This document shows, in pieces, positions 31,290-41,908 of a stretch of DNA of 64,000 bases (positions are counted from its first letter, which is position 1; each line of letters begins with the position of its first letter). The translations under genes and the position numbers were made by a program. Under the pieces are notes generated by a model that did not search any database, was not told the origin of the DNA, and worked only from the letters and a program-made list of their open reading frames with translations. The DNA is from Planctomycetota bacterium (GTDB lineage: Bacteria; Planctomycetota; UBA8108; SXIK01), in NCBI GenBank assembly GCA_965223845.1, contig CBDCXR010000004.1, positions 736,001-800,000 on the forward strand. Reading direction: 5' to 3'.

Positions 31290-31493
31290 TCAGTCGATCT
31301 CGACGTTCTCGCCTTCGTCCTCTTCCTCCTCCTTCGCTGCCCGCGCGTTCCACATCCGCTCGAGCCTCTCGACGGCGCGTTTCACCGCCCGCAGATCCGC
31401 CCAGATCTCCTGGAGCTGGTCCCGCTGATGCTCGAGCTCTCGTTCAAAGAAGAGGAGTTGCTCTTCGATTCGCGTCTGCGCGTCGTCCGTCAT
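31290..31493 (-). CDS. SlyX-like small coiled-coil protein
   Basis: RIEEQLLFFERELEHQRDQL..L heptad pattern, 67 aa, acidic tail. Confidence 0.5.
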   Translation of the reverse strand: MTDDAQTRIEEQLLFFERELEHQRDQLQEIWADLRAVKRAVERLERMWNARAAKEEEEDEGENVEID

Positions 31494-31538
31494 CGTGCAA
31501 TCGGACTCTCGGCCGCGGCTGGGTGTCCTCGCGTCTGA

Positions 31539-32615
31539 TTAGAAGATCGAGAAGATCGCGTTCACGAAGGTGCTGATCGGAGCCTGTTCCCGCAGGTCTT
31601 CGAGAGTTTCCCGCGCTTCGATGAGGATCCGCACGAGCTCGTCCCAAGCCTGACGGTTGTTGACGAGCTGGCCGAGGGTCCCGTGTCCGCTGTTGATCTT
31701 GTTGAGCGTTTCTTGGAGATCCGCGACGGTTTCCTCGAGACGATTCGCGAGCTCGTCGTCGTTCAGGAGCCTCGCGGCCACGCCGTCGCCTTCTCGGATC
31801 GACCCGATCACCTCGCGAAGATCACTCACGGTCGCTTCGAGCTCTTTCTTCGCTTCCTCGTTTCGCGTGAGGTAGCCGATGACGCTCTCTTCGTCGTTGA
31901 GGGTCGTCGAAAACTCGCGGAAGTTTTCGACGATGTCGAGCGTCTTCTGCTTCGTTTCCGGGTCGAAGATCAGCGCGCCCGCGGTGCCCGTCGAATCCTT
32001 GAGCGCTTCGGTCGCCTCGCGAATGTTCTTCAGGATTTCGCGCGCGTCCTCCGCCATCTGCGGATCTTGCATCAGCTTCTGGAGGAGACCCTCGCCGGTC
32101 CGCAGGTCGGTCACGACCTCTCGCAGGCCTTCGAGAATGTCGTTGATACGTCCTTCGTTCTTCTCGACGAGCGATTCGAGCTGGGCGAACAGGTCGCCCG
32201 AGGATCGGCCGTAGTAGACGTCCCCCTCCGGCGGGCGAACCTCCACTCCCTCTTCGCCGTCGGGGTCGATTTCGAGGTAGCGCCCGCCGAGCGCGCCAGC
32301 GCTCCGGATCGCGAAGGTCGCGGTCTTCTCGATGGGGAACCGCGCATCGATCGCGCAGACGACGAGAATCGGGCTTTCTTCGCCCACCGCTGGAGCGAAG
32401 CGCACCGACTCGATCTGTCCGATACGGTGACCGAGGACCATCACGTCGTCGCCGGCTTTGAGCTGATCCGTCTTCGGGAACCGCACTTGGAGTGCCATCG
32501 CTTCGCGTAGAAAGGGAAGCTCGTCCCACTCGAGCGTCACCGCGCCTAGGACGCCCAGGCTGCCAAGGAACGTCACGCCCACCAGAAAGTTTCGTCGCGC
32601 TTCGTGTTTCGTCAT
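31539..32615 (-). CDS. mlaD: MlaD/MCE-domain protein with long helical C-terminal region
   Basis: N-terminal TM, LKAGDDVMVLGHRIGQI, GALGGRYLEIDP, then repeated G.G....L..D helical units. Confidence 0.88.
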   Translation of the reverse strand: MTKHEARRNFLVGVTFLGSLGVLGAVTLEWDELPFLREAMALQVRFPKTDQLKAGDDVMVLGHRIGQIESVRFAPAVGEESPILVVCAIDARFPIEKTATFAIRSAGALGGRYLEIDPDGEEGVEVRPPEGDVYYGRSSGDLFAQLESLVEKNEGRINDILEGLREVVTDLRTGEGLLQKLMQDPQMAEDAREILKNIREATEALKDSTGTAGALIFDPETKQKTLDIVENFREFSTTLNDEESVIGYLTRNEEAKKELEATVSDLREVIGSIREGDGVAARLLNDDELANRLEETVADLQETLNKINSGHGTLGQLVNNRQAWDELVRILIEARETLEDLREQAPISTFVNAIFSIF

Positions 32616-32656
32616 GTCGCTCCTCCCGGGCTCGTCGCGCCCGCGCTCTTGGCGGC

Positions 32657-33463
32657 CTAAGCTTCCGACGCGGAATCGTCGGTGGTGATCGGGCCTTTCG
32701 TGTTTCCCTCGATGAATTGCCGCACGACCGGGTGCGACGTGTGCTTGATCTCCTCCACGCTTCCGAGCGCGATGATCCGACCGTCGTAAAGCATCGCGAT
32801 TCGATCAGCGATTCGATACGCACTCTCCATATCATGCGTCACGACGACTTGCGCGGCGCCCAGCACGCGCCGCGTGCGATTGATCAGTTGGTTGATCGTA
32901 TTCGCCATGACGGGATCGAGGCCGGATGTCGGCTCGTCGTAGAGAATGATCTCCGGATCGAGGACGACTGCGCGCGCGAGTGCCGCACGCTTCTTCATCC
33001 CTCCGGAAATCTCGCTCGGATACTTTTCGTAGTGCGCCTCCATCTCGACGAGGCCGAGCTTCGCGAGGACGCGTTCTCGGCGCTCCGCAACGCTCATCGT
33101 GCGGCGATGCTCGCGCAGCGGCAAGTCGACGTTTTCGCCGACCGTCATCCAGTTGAGCAGAGCGCCGGACTGGAAGAGATAGCCCATCCGGAGGCTCATC
33201 GTTTTCCGTTCCTTCGCGGTGAGATCGCCGTACGAGGTGCCGAACACCTCCACGGTGCCGCGATCCGGCGTGAGGAGGCCGACGATGTGACGGATCGTCA
33301 CGCTCTTCCCCGTGCCGCTCCGTCCGATGATCACGACCGTCTCACCCGCGTAGACATCGAGATCGACGCCGCGGAGGACGTGAAAGTCGCCGAAGCTCTT
33401 CTCGATCCCTCGCAGCCGAACGACCGGTTCGCGCCCGCCGCGCTCTGTCGCCGTCCCGCTCAC
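32657..33463 (-). CDS. mlaF: MlaF/Mkl-type ABC transporter ATPase
   Basis: GRSGTGKS, LFQSGALL, ISGGMKKRAALARA, LYDEPTSGLDP, VVTHD; GTG overlaps the mlaE stop. Confidence 0.92.
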   Translation of the reverse strand: MSGTATERGGREPVVRLRGIEKSFGDFHVLRGVDLDVYAGETVVIIGRSGTGKSVTIRHIVGLLTPDRGTVEVFGTSYGDLTAKERKTMSLRMGYLFQSGALLNWMTVGENVDLPLREHRRTMSVAERRERVLAKLGLVEMEAHYEKYPSEISGGMKKRAALARAVVLDPEIILYDEPTSGLDPVMANTINQLINRTRRVLGAAQVVVTHDMESAYRIADRIAMLYDGRIIALGSVEEIKHTSHPVVRQFIEGNTKGPITTDDSASEA

Positions 33464-34254
33464 GAAGCCGCCGTCCACTGGAACCGGAAGAAGAAGAACG
33501 TCCCGTAGTAGCCGAGGATGATGATCAGGAGGTAGCTGAACACGACCGCCTTCCGCGTCGCCTGTCCGACGCCGATCGCGCCGCCTCTCGTCCTGAGACC
33601 CTGGGTGCAGCCGACGAGCGCGATCACGATTCCGAAGACGAACGCCTTGACGAGCCCCGTGTAGATGTCCTTCCCCGTGAGGTAGTTGAGCGCATCCGTC
33701 CGGAACGCGAGCAAGGAGACGTTGTATTGCGACGACGAGACGATCGCCCCGCCGATGATTCCGACGAGACTCGTGTAGACGGTGATCACGGGCGTCATCA
33801 CCGCCATGGCGATGAGGCGCGGGAGGACGAGAAAGCGCGACGGCTCGATGCTCATGATTTCGAGCGCGTCGATCTCCTCCGAAACCTTCATCGTGCCGAG
33901 CTCCGCGGCCATCGCGGACCCGACGCTCGCCGCGAGGATCAGCGCCGTCATGAAGGGGCCCATCTCGCGCACCATCGACACCGCCACGATGCGGCCGAGG
34001 ATCTTCTCCTGGCCGAGGTCTTCGAGGCTGATTCCCCCGTTGACGGCGAGGATCGCCCCAGTGAACACGCTGACGACGAGTGTCACGGGAACGGTCTCGA
34101 TTCCGCAGACGTACATCTGCCGGTAGAGCGCGTTCCGGTAATCTCGATGCCAGAGCGAGCCGATCTGCGTGAGCGCCTCGGCACCGAGGCGAAGGCCGTA
34201 TCCCGCGGCGTCGCAGGTCTTGAGGATCGTTTCGCCGAGGCTCGTAATCCACAC
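33460..34254 (-). CDS. mlaE: MlaE-type ABC transporter permease
   Basis: REMGPFMTALI, GSAMAAELGTMKVSEEIDAL, LVLPR, GGAIGVGQATRKAVV. Confidence 0.93.
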   Translation of the reverse strand: MWITSLGETILKTCDAAGYGLRLGAEALTQIGSLWHRDYRNALYRQMYVCGIETVPVTLVVSVFTGAILAVNGGISLEDLGQEKILGRIVAVSMVREMGPFMTALILAASVGSAMAAELGTMKVSEEIDALEIMSIEPSRFLVLPRLIAMAVMTPVITVYTSLVGIIGGAIVSSSQYNVSLLAFRTDALNYLTGKDIYTGLVKAFVFGIVIALVGCTQGLRTRGGAIGVGQATRKAVVFSYLLIIILGYYGTFFFFRFQWTAAS

Positions 34255-34447
34255 GACGGATGAATTACCTCACGGAGGCGAGGACGACAAGGATGTCTCC
34301 GCCGCTCGCGACCGAACTTAGGGAGTGTCAGTGATCAGCCCAGCCGCTTCGCGTCCGGCTTCACGCCATCTTCGGTCGCTTCCGCGTGCGCGACTGAATC
34401 TGACTCGATTCCGGCCGGTCTTCGGCCAGCTAGCGTCTGACGCTGCC

Positions 34448-35785
34448 CTACCACCAGGGGATGTAAAGGAGACGGACCGAGAACGCATCCGCACGATAGC
34501 CGCATTCGAACAACCCGCCGAGCACCGTGAAGAGGCGCTCCTTCGCTGCGCGATCGGAGCGGTACGAGACCGCACCGTAGAGAAGCTCCCACCCGGATAG
34601 ATCTGAGCGATTGCGGTAACGAAAAAGCTCGAACCACCGCGAATAGTAGCGACGGTAACTCTCTTTCCTCGTCCAGAGAGGCGCGAGGAAATCGAGTTCG
34701 ACCTCATGTCCGCGCCGCCGGTACGCGACGAACGGCCAGAGCTGCCATTCACTCGTCGTCTCGAACGTCTCGGAGTCGACGCGGTGGAAATGCCAGTAGA
34801 GAGGCATGAACCAGAAGTGAGTGGTCTCCTCGGCACCGTTCGTGTTCCAGTCGTAGCGCTGAATCGGCCAGAGGGCGAATTGACGGTACCGGCGCCGGAC
34901 GACGCCGCGCGTTCCGACCGGCTCCGTTTCCCGCTTAACGCCGAAAAGCGGCCAGATGTCGGTCTGCTCTTGGTTCACGCGGTACGGAAAGAGATAGCCC
35001 CCGTAAGAGCGTTCGCCCGTCTTGCGGTCGAGTGTCGTCTGAAAGAACGGCCAGAGATACGTCTCGGTTTCCCGGCGTTCGCTGCGGCTGTAGCCGTAGA
35101 ACGGAAACGAGAAGAAGGTGTCCGTCGGGCGTGTGTCGAGGAGATTCTTCCCGCGAATGTAGAACGGCCACAGAATCGCCGTCCGCTCGTACCGGGGCTC
35201 GCCCGATTCGTTCGTCGCGTCGTATCGAGCGTAGAACGGCCAGAGTCGAGAGCCGCTCCGGTGGGGGCCCCACACGCGGTTGTAGAAGGGGAAGAGAACG
35301 TGAAGCGAGTTGCGCTGGTCGTTCTCCCAGTACCAAACGAGAGGAAAGAGCGCGAACACGGTCCGCTTTTGACCGAAAACCCCCTTCAGCACACCGCCGA
35401 GAGGAAAGACCGCTGCGTAGGGACCTGCCGCGGCGTCGCGGCCCCAAAATGCGATCGGGAACACCATCCAATCGACGTCGAGTCCTTCGGGCTGCCGCAC
35501 GCGGCGGTGAAAGAGGATGGGGAGGACGCGGAACGAGATGTCGTCGAGACCGGTGCGAGTCGCTTCCACAAACGGCGGAAACGAGGACCAGCGCGAGGAC
35601 TCGAGTGTCCGCTCGTGACTCCAGAACGGTCGGACGAGGGTTTCCGACCCTCCCGGCTCCCGGACGTTCGTACTCGCCGACGGATACGTCTCCCAGAACG
35701 GCGGGAGACCGTACGTACCGTCGATCGTCCGGCAGCCCGAGGCGAAGAGTGCCGTGAAGACCGCGCAGCCCGCGACCGCTCGCAT
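34448..35785 (-). CDS. Putative lipoprotein with repeated aromatic (W/F)P(F/L) motifs
   Basis: MRAVAGCAVFTALFASGC lipobox; ~17 repeats such as RLWPFY, ILWPFY, YLWPFF, DIWPLF, QLWPFV; ends YIPWW. Confidence 0.7.
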   Translation of the reverse strand: MRAVAGCAVFTALFASGCRTIDGTYGLPPFWETYPSASTNVREPGGSETLVRPFWSHERTLESSRWSSFPPFVEATRTGLDDISFRVLPILFHRRVRQPEGLDVDWMVFPIAFWGRDAAAGPYAAVFPLGGVLKGVFGQKRTVFALFPLVWYWENDQRNSLHVLFPFYNRVWGPHRSGSRLWPFYARYDATNESGEPRYERTAILWPFYIRGKNLLDTRPTDTFFSFPFYGYSRSERRETETYLWPFFQTTLDRKTGERSYGGYLFPYRVNQEQTDIWPLFGVKRETEPVGTRGVVRRRYRQFALWPIQRYDWNTNGAEETTHFWFMPLYWHFHRVDSETFETTSEWQLWPFVAYRRRGHEVELDFLAPLWTRKESYRRYYSRWFELFRYRNRSDLSGWELLYGAVSYRSDRAAKERLFTVLGGLFECGYRADAFSVRLLYIPWW

Positions 35786-35892
35786 CCGCGCGCCGATCGC
35801 CGCCCGGACTCGAAGTCCCCCGACGCGTCGACGGGTCGACGACTCGCGCGCCCCCGCGTTACGCGAGGGTCGCGATCGGAATGAGCCGGCCG

Positions 35893-38800
35893 TCATTCCA
35901 GGCGAACTCGGGGAAAGAAGTTCGGAAGAAGGAACTGCCAAACGAGGCTGCTCTTCTGCTGCTGTGGGAGCAACTGGCAGGTATTGATGCTCAGAGTCTT
36001 CGCCGCGCCCTGACCCGTATCGTCGTCGGTGAGAAGGAGGCTGAGGCCGAACGAGAATCCCCGGAAGGGCGGTGCCTGGGCGTTGTTGCCGAACGACGAC
36101 CACGGGAGCGCGACTTCGTACACGGCGCCGGAATTGTCGCCGCGACGCTTCACCGCAAACTCGCCGCGCGGCTTGCTTCGCCCCTCGCCGCCGTCTTCAC
36201 CCTCATCCTCGCCGTCGCCGTCTCCGCCTTGATCGCCGTCCTGTTCCCCGTCCTTCCCGCGACGTTTCGGCAGCGTGAGAGCAAGAGTCATCAATTGGTC
36301 GTCCTCGCCGAAGAAACCCCGATTGCCGGTCGGGTCGATTCCGATGAGGAGGCAATCTCCGACCCAGTTCTCCGCTTCCCGATCGTAGGGATAGAGGGCG
36401 TCGTCGGTGACTTCGAGCGCGAAGTAGAAGTTCTCCTCGTCCCACCCGGTGTAGAGAGTCGCCGACAGGTCGTCTTCCCCGTCCCAATGCTGAGCGGATC
36501 CCGATCCCGGGATCGTGCCGACGTGCCGAGGAGTCGCGAGGTGGACGCGTGATCCGATGTCCCACACGTCGCTGAGTTCGCCGTCGATCGTCGGGCGCAC
36601 GGTCAATCGCTGGCAGCTCAGCCGTGGCGCGTCACCGAATCGCTTAAATCGACGCTCGGTGTATTCCTCCTTGTACCCATCGAGGAGGTGACGGATTCGC
36701 AGCTGCTGCCCTTGCGGCTGACTCGCCATGCTCGCGTCCGAAAGAAGGGATTGATCGAGGAGGTCGATCGCGCTCTCGACCTTTCCCTTCTGAAAGTACG
36801 CCTGCGCAAGCGCGACCAGGCGACCCGGATCCCCGGGCTGCTCGAGCCATCGTTCGACGAGATCGATTTCGGTGAAGTGCTCCGCGTCGACGTCGCGCGG
36901 CGGAGCCGATTCGAAGGCGCAGTCGCCGCCGTTCGTCAGCACGATGTACCGGCCGCCGAGGAGTGTGCTCGCGGGAGACTCCTTCTCGGCGAGGAAGCTG
37001 TTGATCGACTCGGCGTCCGCCGGCCGCCCGATCCCTTGAATCTTGTCGAAGAGATTCACCGAGTTGTTCGGATCGTGGAACACGAGGGCGTCGCTCGCGA
37101 TGAAGAGCCGCCGTGCGGCCGTTCCGCTGTAGAACGTGCCGAGCTTGATCGGCTTCGGCCACGCCGAGTGGGCCACCGAACGCCGCCGCGCACCGGTGTC
37201 GCGGATCTCGAGCGCGAGGAGGTGCCACTGGTAGTCGCCGTAGACGATGTAGAGCCGGTTTCTCTCGCGAAACACCGAGATGCGCGTGAACTTCGGCGGT
37301 AGGTTCTCGAGCTGCCACTGAATTCCGCCCGAACCGAGCGTCACACCGGCCAGCACCGGGGAACTCGCTCCGCGCCGCGCGAAGAGCACCACGCATTCCG
37401 CGGGCGCCTCGTCCGAGTAGCTGAGCGCCGCGACGCTCGATCCGCGAGCAACGGGGATCGTCCAGAGCGCCGATTCCGTCCCGAGATCGAACAGCTTGAG
37501 TTCGTGCGCGGTCGCGAGGAGGACGCGGTCACCTGGAACTTCGACCGGGGCCGAACGAGCCAGTGCCTCGCCGGGGATGAGTCGCAGCGCATCTCCGCCC
37601 AACGCGTCGTGGACTCGGATACCGCCGCCCTTTTGGTGAACAAAGAGACGATTGTGGGCGAAGTGGAACGGGACGAGCGGCGCCGGAACGTAGTCGAGCA
37701 CCTTCTTCCACAGCGTCTCGCCGCGCAGATTGAAATGATAGAGGGCGACCTCGGTGCGCACCCCGCTCTTCGCACTCAGCGCGAAGACGCCCGAGGCGTT
37801 GATCTCGACGGCGCGCAGGCGCTCGGAGAGAAACGGTACGCCGGCGGTCGGCGCAGTCGACTTGCCGCCGAAGGGCACATTCCAGCGCACGGTCGGCGCG
37901 GAGACGTCGATCGCGAACAGATTGTGCTCGTCGTAGAGAACGAGGAGCTTGCCTTCGAACGCGCCACGGAGCGCACGTGGACCACTGCGCGGAATTCGCG
38001 CAATGAACGATGAGCGGCTGAGCTCGAATCCGGGAATGTTTTCGAGCTCGACGCGCCACCGGGCGAGACCGGTCGCGGCCTCGCGGCACTCGACCGTGTC
38101 GGACGACTGGGTGAGGAACGTCCCTTCGAGCTCGCTCGGAACGCGTCCACCGGGAAAGATGAACCGGCGGCTGAGCGCCCCGAGGTCCGCGCGCGACCGC
38201 CAAGCCATCCGAAGCGGAGGTTTGAGCGACTCCGGTTCGAGCGGCGGAAGCGCGACGAGGCCGGGATCCTGCAGCCGCGGCTCCAAGTACTGGCGCACCG
38301 TCTCCCCCTGGACCATTCCGTGAACGCCGTCGACGACGTCGTCCCCGTGCGATTCGATGAGTCGCAGCGCGCGATCCTTGGCGTCGCGCCGATGCCCGCT
38401 CAGGGAGAGCAGGTTGACGAGCGTCAGGTGAACGCGCACGATCTCGCCCCGGTCGATGCGCGGATCGGCTTCGTAGTCGACCAAGTAGTCCTCGAGAGCC
38501 GAGATCGCCTGGTCGTAGCTCCGGCGGTCTCGGTAGCCGAGAGACGCATCGAGGAACGCCTTCGCTCCGGCGAGAGTGAACGGATAGTTGCGCGTGACGC
38601 CGCGCGATGAAATCGGGTTGTTCGTCTTCCGCGCTTGCGCGAGCGCCTCTTCCGCCGCGGCTTCGGTCGCGGCGAACACGCCCGGATCGTTCGCCGCCCG
38701 CAGCGCTCGTAGCCGCTGCCGCACGTACGCGGCGGCGCCGACGGGCGGCGCTTCCGGCGGCGTGTACTTTCGCGTCCAGGCTCCGTGCTGAAGCGCGGCG

Positions 38801-41427
38801 TGGTAGCTCGCGAGAGCCTTTCCCGGGAAGCCGGTCTTCTCGTAATGAGCGGCGAGCTCGATCGCCGCTCGCAGCTTGCGTTCGGGGGCGCTCTCGAGCT
38901 GGTAACGGTACTCGAGAAAGAGCGAGACGGTAGAGCGATCGCGAAACGTCCCACCGGCGAGCTCGGGCGCCCGGCTGTACTCCTCGAGCAGCTCGGCGAG
39001 CTCGACTTGGAGTCGATCGAGACCCGAGTTCGCGAGCGGGGCCGGCCGAGGACCCGCGAGCCACGTCGCGAGCTCGGTGAGTCCGGCATCGAGCTCGTAG
39101 TTGCGCAGGCGGTGTTTGGCGCGGCGGAGGATCACCTCCGGCTCCTTCCCCGCCAGACGGGTCATCCTCACGTCGGCCGAGCGTCGATCATCGTAGATGA
39201 AAAGGGATTCGGGTGTGACGACCGCGAGTCGCTCGCCGCTGAGGAAGAGGTTTCCACCGCCGCCGACGTCCCACGCGCTCCGCGACGCGATGCGACCGTC
39301 CGCCGGCGAGAGGACGAGGAGGTCGCGGCGACCGGGGAGGAGAATTCCCGTCGGTGCGACGGCCGGCCGGCCGAGCGGCGAAAAACCGTGGGCGTTCGCG
39401 TCGAAGCTCCACAGTCGCGATCCAGGGGCGGGGCCTCGGTACGTCACCGCGGAGACGGTGCGACCGGCAAGGATGACTGCGTCGGACGTGAGACCCGCGA
39501 GCACGGCGCTCCGCTCGCGCCTCGACGACCACGCGATCTCCCCCGACTCTTTGTTCACTCCGAGCAGTCGCGAAGAGTCCTGCGGTGCGACGACGATTCG
39601 ATTACCGGCGTCGACCACCGGGCTCGCGCGCCACCGATTCGTCGTTCGAATCGCGTCCTCGAGAGCGCTCGGGATGAGCGTCGGGTACTCGAGGAGCCAA
39701 CGGATCGTCCCGTCTGCGGCGTCGACCCGCGCGAGCAGCCCTTCGTTCGAGAGGACGTAGACGGCGGCGCCGTCGCAGTGAGCGGGCGAGCTGACGCTTC
39801 CGAGCCCGAGGTAGTCGGGACTGGTCGCGGTGCCGAGGTAGGTCTGCCACTCGACTCCGCCGGTGCGATCGAGGCTGAGAACGAAGAGGAGCGAGTCGCC
39901 CTCGACCTGCGTGGTCGCGGCGACGATGATGCGTTCATCGCAGAGCGCGACTGGCGCGAGGAGGCACTCCGCGCGCGCGGGTGCCGGCGTATTTCCCGCG
40001 GGTTCCGGTGCGGCGTCGTCGCTCGCGCCGTCGGCACCGGCGCCGTCCGGAGTCTCGGTCTCGTCTTCACTCCCACCGGCAGGTTCATTGGCCGCGTCGT
40101 TTCGTTCTTGGTCTCGTGTCTCTCCAAACGGTTGGCTCGACGTGCGTGCCTCGAGTCGCTTCGCGGTCAGATCGTAGTCGATTCGCGAGGACCAACGATG
40201 GCTCCCGTCCGTCGAGCGGAACGCGCTCACGACAGCACCGGTCGCGACGAAACACAGTTCCGGTCCGAGTGAGACGACGCGCGTCCCCGCGAAGCCGCGC
40301 GGTTCCGGCGTGAGACCGACCGTCCACTCGACGGCGTACGTCTCCGCGTCGACCGAGGTCACCCGATCTGCGTGCTGAAAGACGACGCGCCGGCCATCTC
40401 CCGTCGCGTGATAGGGATGCGGGACGTCGGTGACCGCTCGCGAAGAGAGCTCGCGAACGAGCGGCCGGAGCCTCGAGTCGGCGACGGCTTCGTGAAACTG
40501 AACGCTCCCGAGCCGAAATGGGGCGGGTGGAGTCGTGCGCACGTCGACGATGCGGGGGCGAAGGCCATCGGCGACGAGTGGGGGACGGCGCAGAGCCTCG
40601 CTCTCGAGTGTCGGGAGCGCCCCGTCGATCGCACTGTCGATGCGCTTGCGAAAGCTCTCCGTGAACTCGGTGTAGAGGGGATCCGAACGCAGCTCGCGGA
40701 GTGCGGTGAGTTGTGCGTCGAGCTCGGCCCGCTCCGCGCGCGCGGCGGCGATCGTGATCAGCAAGACGCGAACCGAGACTCGGAGGCGGAGGAGCTCCTT
40801 CGCGGCGTCGGAGGAGTCGCCGGGCGCGGTGGGCGGGAGAGCTCCCAAGAACACGTCGCTCGCCGCGCGGCAAGATTCCCAGGCCCCGCTCTCGAAGCTC
40901 GTCGTGATCTCCTCGAGGAGAAGCTCGCGCCGGAGGCCCGAGCGAGGAAAGTCGCGGAGGAGGCGGCGCCGAATCGGCGAGCGAGCGGCCTCGTCGAGCC
41001 GGGAGCAGACGTCGTTCCAGCCCCGGCGGAGCACGGCGTCGAGGCGCTCCCGATAGCGAAGGGCGTAGGGGTCCGGCAGCCGCTCAGCGAGATCGGCGAA
41101 GAGCTTCGCGGCGCCGACCGACAACCCGCCGCCGCTCGAGACGACTCCACCGGCTTCGGGCTTCGCCCAGAGGTCAAACGACTTCGAGAGCCCCTCGAGA
41201 ACCATGTCCCAGCGCTCGCGCCGGGCGAACTCTTCGACCCGCCGAAAGAGCGACCCGTAGTCGCCCTCGGGGGGGACCAGCACCCGCGCCGGGGTCAGAT
41301 CCTGGGCGAGGGATCCGGGGAGCGCGGAGAGCACGATCGCTAGAGCGACGGCAAACCACCCCCGCGACCGCCGCCGCGGCGGAGGGTTTTCGGAACCTCG
41401 GCGACGACGCGGAGGCCAGGGGGACAT
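35893..41427 (-). CDS. Large exported protein (1844 aa): PQQ-like beta-propeller repeats, TPR-like helices, C-terminal CBM9/DOMON-like domain
   Basis: ATG 41427 after GAGGGAG; signal (GSLA-Q); blades DAADGTIRW, ESGEIAW, TGLARW, GETLW; C-terminal PTIDGELSDVW, WDEENFYFALEVTDD, YEVALPW. Confidence 0.75.
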   Translation of the reverse strand: MSPWPPRRRRGSENPPPRRRSRGWFAVALAIVLSALPGSLAQDLTPARVLVPPEGDYGSLFRRVEEFARRERWDMVLEGLSKSFDLWAKPEAGGVVSSGGGLSVGAAKLFADLAERLPDPYALRYRERLDAVLRRGWNDVCSRLDEAARSPIRRRLLRDFPRSGLRRELLLEEITTSFESGAWESCRAASDVFLGALPPTAPGDSSDAAKELLRLRVSVRVLLITIAAARAERAELDAQLTALRELRSDPLYTEFTESFRKRIDSAIDGALPTLESEALRRPPLVADGLRPRIVDVRTTPPAPFRLGSVQFHEAVADSRLRPLVRELSSRAVTDVPHPYHATGDGRRVVFQHADRVTSVDAETYAVEWTVGLTPEPRGFAGTRVVSLGPELCFVATGAVVSAFRSTDGSHRWSSRIDYDLTAKRLEARTSSQPFGETRDQERNDAANEPAGGSEDETETPDGAGADGASDDAAPEPAGNTPAPARAECLLAPVALCDERIIVAATTQVEGDSLLFVLSLDRTGGVEWQTYLGTATSPDYLGLGSVSSPAHCDGAAVYVLSNEGLLARVDAADGTIRWLLEYPTLIPSALEDAIRTTNRWRASPVVDAGNRIVVAPQDSSRLLGVNKESGEIAWSSRRERSAVLAGLTSDAVILAGRTVSAVTYRGPAPGSRLWSFDANAHGFSPLGRPAVAPTGILLPGRRDLLVLSPADGRIASRSAWDVGGGGNLFLSGERLAVVTPESLFIYDDRRSADVRMTRLAGKEPEVILRRAKHRLRNYELDAGLTELATWLAGPRPAPLANSGLDRLQVELAELLEEYSRAPELAGGTFRDRSTVSLFLEYRYQLESAPERKLRAAIELAAHYEKTGFPGKALASYHAALQHGAWTRKYTPPEAPPVGAAAYVRQRLRALRAANDPGVFAATEAAAEEALAQARKTNNPISSRGVTRNYPFTLAGAKAFLDASLGYRDRRSYDQAISALEDYLVDYEADPRIDRGEIVRVHLTLVNLLSLSGHRRDAKDRALRLIESHGDDVVDGVHGMVQGETVRQYLEPRLQDPGLVALPPLEPESLKPPLRMAWRSRADLGALSRRFIFPGGRVPSELEGTFLTQSSDTVECREAATGLARWRVELENIPGFELSRSSFIARIPRSGPRALRGAFEGKLLVLYDEHNLFAIDVSAPTVRWNVPFGGKSTAPTAGVPFLSERLRAVEINASGVFALSAKSGVRTEVALYHFNLRGETLWKKVLDYVPAPLVPFHFAHNRLFVHQKGGGIRVHDALGGDALRLIPGEALARSAPVEVPGDRVLLATAHELKLFDLGTESALWTIPVARGSSVAALSYSDEAPAECVVLFARRGASSPVLAGVTLGSGGIQWQLENLPPKFTRISVFRERNRLYIVYGDYQWHLLALEIRDTGARRRSVAHSAWPKPIKLGTFYSGTAARRLFIASDALVFHDPNNSVNLFDKIQGIGRPADAESINSFLAEKESPASTLLGGRYIVLTNGGDCAFESAPPRDVDAEHFTEIDLVERWLEQPGDPGRLVALAQAYFQKGKVESAIDLLDQSLLSDASMASQPQGQQLRIRHLLDGYKEEYTERRFKRFGDAPRLSCQRLTVRPTIDGELSDVWDIGSRVHLATPRHVGTIPGSGSAQHWDGEDDLSATLYTGWDEENFYFALEVTDDALYPYDREAENWVGDCLLIGIDPTGNRGFFGEDDQLMTLALTLPKRRGKDGEQDGDQGGDGDGEDEGEDGGEGRSKPRGEFAVKRRGDNSGAVYEVALPWSSFGNNAQAPPFRGFSFGLSLLLTDDDTGQGAAKTLSINTCQLLPQQQKSSLVWQFLLPNFFPRVRLE

Positions 41428-41908
41428 CGTCTCCCTCTCGAGTTCGAGTGGTGTTCGCCAGAGCTCGACCCGCGGCGCAGAGCCCGCGCGGGAGAGACCG
41501 AGCGAACGGTCGGCACGATTCCGTAAGGTATTTTTAGAAATAAAGTTAGTCGCGTTCTGAATCAGCATTTTAGGGCGCTTGCTGGGAACCGTCAAGAAAC
41601 GCGGAGGGGGCTCCACAGAGTCCCCCTGGGCGCCTCGTAACCCGGAGCGGGTCCGAGATCACCAGAGCGTTCCCTAGCGGAAAATCGACGGTTCCGGCGA
41701 CCGTCGTGCAGCGAAACTGGCCGGTCCGTGGACGGGTGCGGGGGGCGCTGGCGGTCGGCTTCGATCGGCCGGCTCGCCGCCGCCCGGCCGGCCGCGATCC
41801 CGACGGGTCCAGCGCGACCCGCGGGAACCGGGAGCCAGCGACTCCGATCGGCTATGCTGGCTGGGACCGGGACCGAGGCTGCTTCCGCTCAGGAGAGGAG
41901 GAGTCGTT

